Source of the DNA: Phoronis australis
Lineage: Eukaryota > Animalia > Phoronida
Direction of reading: 5' to 3'
Assembly: GCA_002633005.1 (NCBI GenBank)
Contig: NMRA01000824.1
Location: forward strand, 1 to 47,678
Length of the DNA: 47,678 bases
How positions within the stretch are numbered: position 1 is the stretch's first letter; the number at the start of each line of letters is the position of its first letter. Positions 1 through 8,915 of this stretch are shown in pieces. Made by a program: the position numbers and the translations under genes. The notes beneath the pieces are model-generated. The model saw nothing but the letters and a program-made list of their open reading frames with translations, did not search any database and was not told where the DNA came from.

Positions 1-791
1 AACACCTCAAGAAAATTTTGAAATTTGTTTTCACTCCGTGTTTTTATTACTTTTGGTTTATTTAAATCATGTTGCTTACTAATGGAAAGCTCAGTCATTC
101 CTTTTTCCAACAATACCACATTTTTTCAATAAATTAATGATATGCGCAATAACTTAGCTGCCAAAAAAGGCTTCGTCTGAAAGTAGTGGCTGCGAATGGT
201 TCATCCACCCGATATTGTTTGGTGAATGCGAAATAACTATGGATGGATAAAACTCGTACAAGTAAGGTACAACTACATACATTAAAATTGACATGTTTAT
301 TTCAAAAAATCTTTACAGCTTTGAGACAAGTGTTTGTTTTAAAAATCTGCACAAAAGTAATGGTTGCATCTGTTAATGGTTAATGTGCTACTATGTCACA
401 ACTAAATAACTATCATCGTCAGTGGAGTCTTCAAATGGGTCCCCTTCACTAGAGTCACTTTTACGTACTTTGAAAATAGTTGTGTGAATAATAACATTTA
501 TTCCCTTTAACTGGTTCAAAATGTTCAATTTAGTTTCTTGAAAATACGCTCCCCTCTTTCCAAAAATGTGCACAGGAGTTCATTTGGTTTCATTTGACAT
601 TTTTGAATTGTTGTTTTCTGAATATCCTTCCATGGGACTATTTTCGGAAATTCCCGGACGGAACACAGATTTATAGCTGCTCTTATTTACTTGTGTGAGT
701 GCACTTCAACCTGGACAATGCCTTGGCACAAATATTTACTCTTGGGTTATGCATCAACCATGTATAAATTCATACCCGTCTTCACTTGCAG

Positions 792-933
792 AGATGATTT
801 ACTGAGAGCCATTAAAAAACTACGCATTCTTGGCAACGGGTTTACGACGATACCACTTGGAGCGTCCTACATCATACAATCCGTACCAGGAGAACTGAGT
901 ATGGATCACACTACTGTTTTACAACAAGCTCAA
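792..933 (+). CDS. SNF8: SNF8 internal coding exon (142 nt, phase 2 to 0)
   Basis: Acceptor ttcacttgcag at 781-791 and donor caa|gtaagc. Encodes DDLLRAIKKLRILGNGF...MDHTTVLQQAQ (inside ORF 691..984). Confidence 0.93.
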
Positions 934-3757
934 GTAAGCATCGCATGTCTTGTCTTCCTATTGGCACAGAATGTGTGTGTGTGACCTCAACATTGAACTA
1001 ATCCTGGCAGTGTTCTGTCAGTGCAAGACACTTGTATCGAGAATTCTTTCTTTTATAGAACAGAAAGTGTTTTTACTTGCATCTTAGTGACGTAGTTCAC
1101 AAGTCCAGCCTTACCAACTTTCAGTGGCGTACATTTTCCTAGTGTCTGGATAATGGGTCCGAGCTCAAACGTGAACCACTCGATTTTTCTCGCGTGATTT
1201 TGTGCGATCTGTTGTGACCTCGCCAAGCGCACCAGACTTGTAATTTTAGTTCAGTTTTATATCAGATTCTATTCAAGTGTCAGAGAATAATTATTAAACA
1301 TTTCTTGCGCTGACTATTCACTAAATACATTTTCACTTATAAGTGTAATACTGACAATAAACAGAACAACACCTAGCAAATCGTGTGTTTGTTTGGAGGC
1401 TTTGATGACTACATCACTTTGGAAATCACTTGAACTTATGAACTTCGCCATTGCTTCCTGTTATTGTTAATGATAAAACGAGCAATAGACCCACGCCTTC
1501 TGTCAAAAACCAGCTTAGGCCACTTAGTATTATAAAGTCGGCCTTGTCTTGTTTCTCACACAGATTAGAACTGATTTCTAGGCTTGATAAGAACTGACAG
1601 GTTGTTATTGGTTGAGGCCACGCCCACTAAATTGCTTGATAAGAACTGACTGATTGTTATTGTTTGAGGCCACGCCCACTAAGCTGCTTGATAAGAACTG
1701 ACATGTTGTTATTGCTTGAGGCCACGTCCACTAAGCTGCTTGATGAGAGCTGACAGGTTGTTATTGGTTGATACCACACCCACTAAGTTGCTTCTCATTG
1801 CAGGATAGTTTCAGTATGGCAATCAGGAGAAATCCAGATGATTTAATTTAACCAATTTTCAATTTAAACAAAGGATTAGAATTTGCCGATATTGCTTTGG
1901 AAGGCTAAGTGCACCTGTGAAGAAAATTGTTGCTGTACATGGTTTGTGGCGGCTTAAAGCTAGTCTGTAGATGTCGTTAACGCTTGTATCATGACTGACC
2001 ATTTGTCCACTATGTTTTTTCTGTTCATTCATCTTTGACACATATCAATGATAAGTTGAATTTCATCATCATTTATTCGATTTATTGCATTGTCGGTGAG
2101 TCTAATTGCCACTGGTAAGAGTGATTCAATTTACGGTAGATTGTTGTTTATATGATTTTCAAGTTTATGGGATAGCGCGTCATTTCGCAGTTTAGCTCTA
2201 ATGGCAGTTTATTCAACAGGCAACTGCATACGTTACCCTTGCACAGCTGACCAGCTCTCTAGGATGGGAGGTTGAAAGAGCACGTCGGGCTTTAGTAAGT
2301 GTAGCTAGTTCAGTTTTTGATGATACTTGCAGCAGAAGTAGAATCTGCAATCTCCAGTTTGATGAATTGAAGCGACCCTATTTTCTTTCTGTTTGAAATA
2401 CAACTATTCAGAATCGAGCAAACTCTGGCTACATTTTAGTGTGAGTCCAGATAACTGCAAGGGAAATTCCTTCTGGCATCATTCAAGTCATTACTTCTAA
2501 TAACTCCCACAAGGCTTTCTCAAACCAGTATTGTGTGAGGTGACCATTGGTGTCTCTAAGAGAAAATACTTTCATTTGGATACTGAACGAACATGAGTAG
2601 AGCGGTTTGATTCCAAAAACACAATATCCAATCATGAGAGTCCTACTATGCCGAAGTCGGCCAATTTGAAATCTACCAATCAGAATTGATGCCTACAATT
2701 AATTTTTCTGTAAAAATCCGGTAATTTTTCTCAACTTGTGCTGAAACTGTTGTGAGATGTGAATGGTAGGAGTTGAAGGAAATCTTGGGGAGCTATTCAT
2801 ATAAATGTTCTCAGTGTTTATAGCAATGTTGCTTTGTAACTGCTGCATAATATGTTGGTGCAATCAAACGGGAGGAACCTAGTCCCAACTTTAGTCCTCA
2901 TGCTCAGAACTTCGCAATATGTCTGCATCAACTAAAGTTCATAAATCTGCATAGAAATGTTAATCTGTCAAGTTATAATCTTGCACTACTTCATGTATAA
3001 GTTTACATTTTTGCCATGGAAAGATTTGGTGAGCATGTTTCCTTTCTTAATCTTTTGACAGCCAACATCGAAATATTGAGGGAGATAACTAGGGTAAATC
3101 TTCACCTCTTTCGTGTACGACATGGCAAAAAGTGAAATTTTGTTTTGTCAAACTGATCAACAGAAGCTTGAGGAGACATGTGTCTCATTAGTAAACAAGA
3201 TTTGCACTGAGCAGTTGTTAGTACAAAAACCACAGTTTGTTTGGGTGTTTACCTGACTCATTTTGAGACCGTCTCTCACCAACTGAAAAAAACCTGCCTG
3301 CATCAAATTCGGCCTATTTTCTCTTTTTTTTTGAAAAGTGTCAAGGTAAGCAAGGTGTGAAACACCTTGATTTGCCAAGGGGTGTGTAAAGAAAAAATGA
3401 ATCCTGCATTATTTTGCTCACCTGAAGTGGATTTTCTTATTTGAAAAATAAGCAATTAAAACCAAACCAACGACTCGTTTTTTAAAAACAAAAACAGACC
3501 AGAACCAACAATGCTTTTTTTGGGCCTGACAACATGTTTACAAAATTTGATTTTTTTCTGATCAAGATTTTGAATAATTATTGTTACACAAAGGGACTTC
3601 ACGTCTCATGGAGCGTGTGTCCAGCGAACTCTGTAGTTGCTTTTCTTCTCTTCAGGACTATTTAGTAAAGGAAGGTCTGTCTTGGGTGGACGAACAAGCA
3701 GCAGGTGATACTCAGTACTGGTTCCCGGGCTTGTTCACTGACATTGTGGAGAGATGA
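792..3757 (+). CDS. SNF8: SNF8/VPS22 (EAP30), ESCRT-II subunit; 3' part of gene (last three coding exons 792-933, 2220-2294, 3656-3757); 5' exons lie left of the window
   Basis: Spliced translation DDLLRAIKKLRILGNGFTTIPLGASYIIQSVPGELSMDHTTVLQQAQ|ATAYVTLAQLTSSLGWEVERARRAL|DYLVKEGLSWVDEQAAGDTQYWFPGLFTDIVER* matches the recalled SNF8 C-terminal half (DDLxRAIKKL, QSVPxELxMDH, W.xERA, KEGLxWxD, YWxPxLF). All junctions are GT-AG and phase-compatible. Confidence 0.95.
1582..1793. repeat. Minisatellite, 4 x 52 bp (diverged) in SNF8 intron
   Basis: Units start at 1582, 1634, 1686 and 1738; consensus GCTTGATAAGAACTGACAGGTTGTTATTGGTTGAGGCCACGCCCACTAAGCT. Confidence 0.92.
2220..2294 (+). CDS. SNF8: SNF8 penultimate coding exon (75 nt)
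   Basis: Acceptor tttattcaacag and donor tta|gtaagt. Encodes ATAYVTLAQLTSSLGWEVERARRAL. Confidence 0.92.
3656..3757 (+). CDS. SNF8: SNF8 terminal coding exon
   Basis: Strong polypyrimidine acceptor ttttcttctcttcag. Encodes DYLVKEGLSWVDEQAAGDTQYWFPGLFTDIVER, then TGA at 3755-3757. Confidence 0.93.
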   Translation, partial: DYLVKEGLSWVDEQAAGDTQYWFPGLFTDIVER

Positions 3758-4108
3758 AAGCCACGTGAACTATGAGATGGATCTATTGTGCTCAACAGAT
3801 GGTGATAGAAAATGGCCCAGTCAAATATTTTCAGACTTTTTGGACCCAACCCATAGCATGGAATTTAGAAGCAACATTGGAAGTTAGCGGTATTTACCCA
3901 AGATTCTGCACATCCGTCTGGCACATAGCTGATCACTTATTCCTTATTAGAATTTCTTGTAGCATTCGCTGTTCTAATGCTGACAAAGTTTCTTGTGTAT
4001 TGTAAATATGATAACACCTGGAAGTTTGATAAGGTGGAGAAATGTGAAATGCATCTTGGCTTGCATGTTCAACGCGGGTGAAAAATAAGTCAATAGTGAG
4101 TGTTTAAT

Positions 4109-4296
4109 AGTTATTGTTTGTCTTCTTACATGCCATTGGTTGGTCACATCACATGCCTAGAGTGAAGTCGGAAAGATTTCTGTCCCGACCGAGGCTCAAA
4201 CCCTCGACTTCCTGTAAACGGTGAAGAAATCTTGTCAAACTTCACACCAGGTCACACGATGTGACCAACATATGGCACGTAAGAAGACCAATAACT
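4109..4296. repeat. Imperfect palindromic element (~70-bp arms) with a tRNA B-box-like loop
   Basis: agttattg..tcttcttacatgcca..gttggtcacatc..gtgaagt..aagatttct is the reverse complement of agaaatctt..acttcac..gatgtgaccaac..tggcacgtaagaagaccaataact. The loop reads GTCGAGGGTTTGAGCCTCGGTCGG on the minus strand. Confidence 0.75.
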
Positions 4297-4690
4297 CTTA
4301 CTTATGCCACTTCAACACGCTGATTTTTAACAGCACATTTATTAAGTTTTTGACTTTTTGAAAAATAGGTCAATCGTACAATATGTATTCCTTCCTCTTA
4401 AAAGGGGTAATTTAATTCAGAATGGCACTATCTTTAAGTTCAAGAGGGTTTTTGTTACTCAAAGTCGTGTTTTTCTTCAACATCTTAACAGCTTCAAAGA
4501 TGTGTTGGAAGTATGTGGATTTAGAGCAGCCATTGTGTGCACATGGCCTGTTGTATCTTTTCTCAAGATTGAGCAGATCCTAAGTTAGTGGACACTGTGT
4601 TGATGATGAACTCCATCATTTACATGGACACTGGTAATGCAATATGAAGTTCAATTCTGTTTAAGGCAAGAGAACCAGTTGAAAAAACTG

Positions 4691-5714
4691 GGGCCCGCTT
4701 CAAGGAAACTGATTTAGCCAAGACAAATCTTAAATTTCAATTAAGTTTAAGATAAAACTTAAATTTGTCTCAACTCCATTTTGAGAAAGAGATCTTAAGT
4801 TTGACCTAAGTTTTGCCTTAATTTTGACTTACTTATGGGGTGTGGAAGTTCGAAAATTTGAAATCTTAGACTTAAGGGCTGTTCCAGCAAAATCTGTATG
4901 GGAGGGGGGGAAGGTACTTTTATTTCATACCCACCGCCCATATTTTTCATCTATTTTTCCAACCCATGACCCATAATTTTTTAATTATTTTTAATAGGTT
5001 AAAACATAAAATCCAACACTTGCAAACAAATTGCCTGCAGGAGGACTTGTTAAGAACTTAGATGATTGACAGACAAGAACTAGTTGTCTTGTCCAATATT
5101 GTCAAAAACTAAAGTAGCCGGTGAACAATACTTTTGGCAGCCACCAGGTGTCTCTGTTCACTATGTGTCTATAATTTCAATGAACATTTTTTCAATTATA
5201 AGGATCTATGAATCTCAAACTGTCTCCACGAACTCTTTTATATTTCTATGTCAAGTGAATATTGGAACTTGTTTATCTTACTCCTCATACTTTTTATTTA
5301 AAAATCATCAATTTTCTTATATGTGTTAACACCAGTTTATTGTGGCATAACTTTTCAATTCAATAGGACTGCAGACAAACAGGTGGCTCAAATCAAATTG
5401 CCCACGACTTGATTAATTTCTTAGTGCACTCTGTTCACTAGCAATATGGCTTTTTGTATTGGGATAAGTTAGGATGTATGCCAATTGCATTTTTTTTTAG
5501 TAACCAACCTGCTAACATTAACAAGTCAAAAAATACCACCCATTTTTAATACATCGCTTCTTACAGGAACGACCACCCATAATTTGAGTTTTTTTCTGAA
5601 GACCACCACCCATGAATTTTTATTTCTACTGCCCCCCCCCCCCCTCCCACACGGATTTTACTGGAACAGCCCTAAGTAAAAAATGAACTTAAGTCAGTTT
5701 CTTGGAACAGGCCC
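4691..5714. mobile_element. PIF/Harbinger-like MITE (outer, interrupted)
   Basis: TIRs GGGCCCGCTTCAAGGAAACTGA / TCAGTTTCTTGGAACAGGCCC, flanked by CTG on both sides (3-bp TSD). Confidence 0.7.
4876..5672. mobile_element. PIF/Harbinger-like MITE (inner, 797 bp) nested in the previous element
   Basis: TIRs GGGCTGTTCCAGCAAAATCTGTATGGGAGGGGGGG / CCCCCCCTCCCACACGGATTTTACTGGAACAGCCC; TAA TSD at 4873-4875 and 5673-5675. Confidence 0.88.
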
Positions 5715-5802
5715 CTGGTTCTCAAAATGTGGAATTCCCTTAAGCGACTTGCCTTGTTTGGTTCTTATTTGCTCCCTATTAATTCACAGAATCGTGTTGA
5801 AT

Positions 5803-5838
5803 ATTAAAGTGGTGTTGCTATAGCAATGAAACTTTATT
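5803..5838. terminator. Opposing poly(A) signals: ATTAAA (+, 5803-5808) and AATAAA (-, 5833-5838) around palindrome TTGCTATAGCAA (5815-5826)
   Basis: Seen directly, between the two convergent stop codons. The + hexamer is the first AATAAA/ATTAAA I found after the SNF8 stop. The MRL gene also has more proximal candidates (AATAAA 6615-6620; ATTAAA near 6206 and 6026). Confidence 0.5.
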
Positions 5839-7799
5839 TGTGATGAAATCCCAGTAGTATACAAATATATCTAAAATACCAAACAAAACAACAAAGTGAT
5901 TAATACAAAACTGGTAATAAATAGGTTAAATGTTATCCTTATTTACATAAACTGCATTATATCATAATAACAGAGCCTAACATGATTGCCTAAATCATTT
6001 CCCTATAGTGAACTTCTTAATACCCTTTAATTTCACTGTTTTAGTGTTGATTGCGTATGGAATATATGTAAACTTTTAACTTAAAATATCCTAAACCAAA
6101 CCAATAGATATGAAATGTATTGATGCATACACTAACTTGAGTAATCTTAAAACAGGATAAAACCATCGCACGATACTGGTAATAAAAACATAGATAACCA
6201 AGAACTTTAATATCACTTATCATAAATGCAATAAACACTATACACTTACAACTAAACTGTAACAGTTTTACTTAAAACGGCTATAAATCCGCATTCCATC
6301 CAAGAATCAGTTTTTTGAATTTTACCACTTGATGCTATGAAATTGGTCTTGACTGGTTTCTTACTCAAACAGGAAGTGATTTCTGGACTTGCAAGCAACT
6401 GACACTTAATCACTCCTCGAGACCATGCTCTGCGCAAAAGGTCATAGCATGCCGTGACCAGCCAACTAGTAGAGCCTGGTCTCGCGCAATAATGACCTGT
6501 TGGCTCTTTGGAAGTTCCTAAATCGTCTGCAAATTGTCAAAGGAACATTCTGAAACCAATTCCAAGACGTTTAGCTATCTAAATCAAAAGTTGGATTTTA
6601 TGACAGAAGGCGGGTTTATTGCCACTTTAGCTAGCACCAAGCAGCATAACGAACACAAAGGACCTTTGTTAAAAGCACCCGCAAGGCTTAAAATTACCAT
6701 GATGTATTAACAAAGAGAATTTAGTACAGGCATTAATACCAGACCAAAGTTTAAGCTTCACTTTCAACATTAAACTGATTGCACACAACTGGAACAAAAA
6801 GTTTAACAGTCTTTGATCATTCCAGCATCGAGGGATTGTAAATGTTCGCCGTCACGAGCGACTGAATATCAATGGACCTTTTAAGAACAACTTGTATACC
6901 AGTCTTAATGTGCCCATATTTCATGATATTCGATGTCAAAAAACAGTTTTTGAACAGGATGACTTGCCACCAGCCTTGTGCAAAACCCAATACCTCAGTG
7001 ATGAGAAAATACCAGGAACAAGTTCCAGCTTTGTTGCACTGCGCAATATTTAGAGAAAGCATCTTGTTTTAGAAATAAACTTTGTCTTATACGTGACACA
7101 TTTCCGTCGTCTTTCTGGGCTTTCACTCTGACAGAGGCAGATTACGCTCCTACCATCAAGTTTAGTTAACCTTGCCAACAACTTCACTGAGCACCAAAAT
7201 TCACGAGACTGCGGCACTAAAAGGTTGTGTTCACAGGTCACCTCTTGTCTTACATCATTTTTTTCCATGGCAAAGGCTATGTTTACATGACGTGGGAGAA
7301 CAACTTGTGGCGTGTAGAACAACAGCTTGGCAATAAAATGCATAGTAAACAATCCACTTCCTAATTACTTGGACTGCTGGTACAGTACAGACACAAACAC
7401 TCAGGGTATTGCACTGATCAGACATGGATTCATGCCGCAAGTTATGTGACTGAAGGCCATGTGAATACAGTATTGTAGCTATCAATGAGTAGTAAATGCA
7501 TAGTAAACCAAGAGTATTTGTGATAAAATCGACTCTTCTGCAAACACTTCATCACACTTTTGAATGTTAAAAGTTGTTCAGATTTATAATTGGTCTGTTG
7601 GGTTTTGTACAAAACCAACTTTGCAATGATTACAAAAACAGCGTCGGGCCCAACTGCGCATTGGTCAAAAATGCCATTCAAAACAAATGCTTCCATCAAG
7701 ATCTCTGGAGAGAAACTGCTGGCAAGAAAAAAAATAAAGCAGTGATTTATAATTGTGAAATGAACTGGAAATATGCAACCACGAATCAGTTCAATAATG

Positions 7800-8915
7800 C
7801 TACGAAGTTCTCTTAGGGGGAGGCGGTGGCTTTTTTTTAGTTTTTGGCGGCAGACCCTCTAACAGTTCTGGGGGCGGTGGAGGTAGATCCATCTCACCCG
7901 CTGACACTCTCTCGGGATTCACAGCATGTGAGTTCACACTTGTCCGTTTGGTGGCAATCACGTTCTCCAGGTTAGAAAGAAAGGCTTTGTTAGCTGGTAC
8001 TCCAGCACCTGCTTTGTCACTGTTTTGCCTTTTTGGAGGCGGAGGTGGTTGGGGTTTGACGGCACTGACAGCTGCAGTGGGCTTTGGAGCCACTCTAGGG
8101 GGCTCGGCATGCATTGGATGGTATAGTGGGGGCTTGACTGGTGATAAATCCCCTCTAGTTGGTGGCATGGGCTTTGGCTTTTTGGCAACAGGGGGTGGCT
8201 CTGGTGATGGTTTCTTTGCAACTGGTGGTGGCTGTCGACCATGGAAGGGACTATTGGTATCCATAGCTGGTTTTTTAGCTACAGGAGGCGGATCGGGAAA
8301 CTCGTTGTGATTCACAAAATGGTGGTCAGTGTTGTGTTCCATTGCGGAGGTCCTCGGTGATCGATGGCTAGCAATCGGATTGTCATAATCTCCGCCTGAG
8401 GAACTTGAGGCTATGGATGATGTCTTGCTGCCTGAGCGCGAGCTACTTCTGTTGCGTAGCTCAGCAACCAAATTAGGCACGTGTCCGCTTTTGGGGGGGA
8501 TGTCCGGTGTAGGCGTGAGTTGTGGTGGAGGTGGAGGGAAGTCTTCCGGTGGAGGAGGGGGAGGAAAGTCTGCGTCAAGATCTGGTTCATGGTACAACGG
8601 TGGTGGAGGAAAGCCATCTGGTCCCAGACCGGAGTCACCGGAAGAGCTTGTCGAACATCCCCCACGCACAAGTTGTCGTGTGGTGCCGGTGGTCAGCGGT
8701 ATTCTAGCAGTCGTGTTTGAGTCAATGTCCACAAAGTTGGAATAGTTCATGCTCTGACTCATGCCAGTCACAATGGCAACGGGAGGTTTACGCTCACCCT
8801 CTGGGGGACTAAAATTGACCTTACTGCTTTTTCGCATGTTATCCTGCACAAGTTTTTGGTTTCTCCTCACCTCGCTTTGCACTTTCTTGAAATTGTCATA
8901 CAGCTGATGACCATG
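7800..8915 (-). CDS. RAPH1/APBB1IP: MRL terminal coding exon 11 (1116 nt; Pro-rich Ena/VASP- and SH3-binding tail)
   Basis: TTTCTTTACTTCACAG|CATGGT. 371 aa starting HGHQLYDNF, with three FPPPP motifs, one LPPPPP and three PPVAKKP motifs; stop codon at 7800-7802. Confidence 0.93.
   Translation of the reverse strand, partial: HGHQLYDNFKKVQSEVRRNQKLVQDNMRKSSKVNFSPPEGERKPPVAIVTGMSQSMNYSNFVDIDSNTTARIPLTTGTTRQLVRGGCSTSSSGDSGLGPDGFPPPPLYHEPDLDADFPPPPPPEDFPPPPPQLTPTPDIPPKSGHVPNLVAELRNRSSSRSGSKTSSIASSSSGGDYDNPIASHRSPRTSAMEHNTDHHFVNHNEFPDPPPVAKKPAMDTNSPFHGRQPPPVAKKPSPEPPPVAKKPKPMPPTRGDLSPVKPPLYHPMHAEPPRVAPKPTAAVSAVKPQPPPPPKRQNSDKAGAGVPANKAFLSNLENVIATKRTSVNSHAVNPERVSAGEMDLPPPPPELLEGLPPKTKKKPPPPPKRTS

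Noticed and set aside
1-690. Possible TTAA-ending transposon end (1-383) and decayed ORF fragments (391-690)
   Set aside because: The partner terminus is outside the window and no protein family is recognisable.
7948-8745. Gly-rich + strand ORFs (7948..8310, 8413..8745 and others) and alternative-frame minus ORFs
   Set aside because: Antisense or off-frame shadows of the GC-rich, Pro-rich terminal MRL exon.
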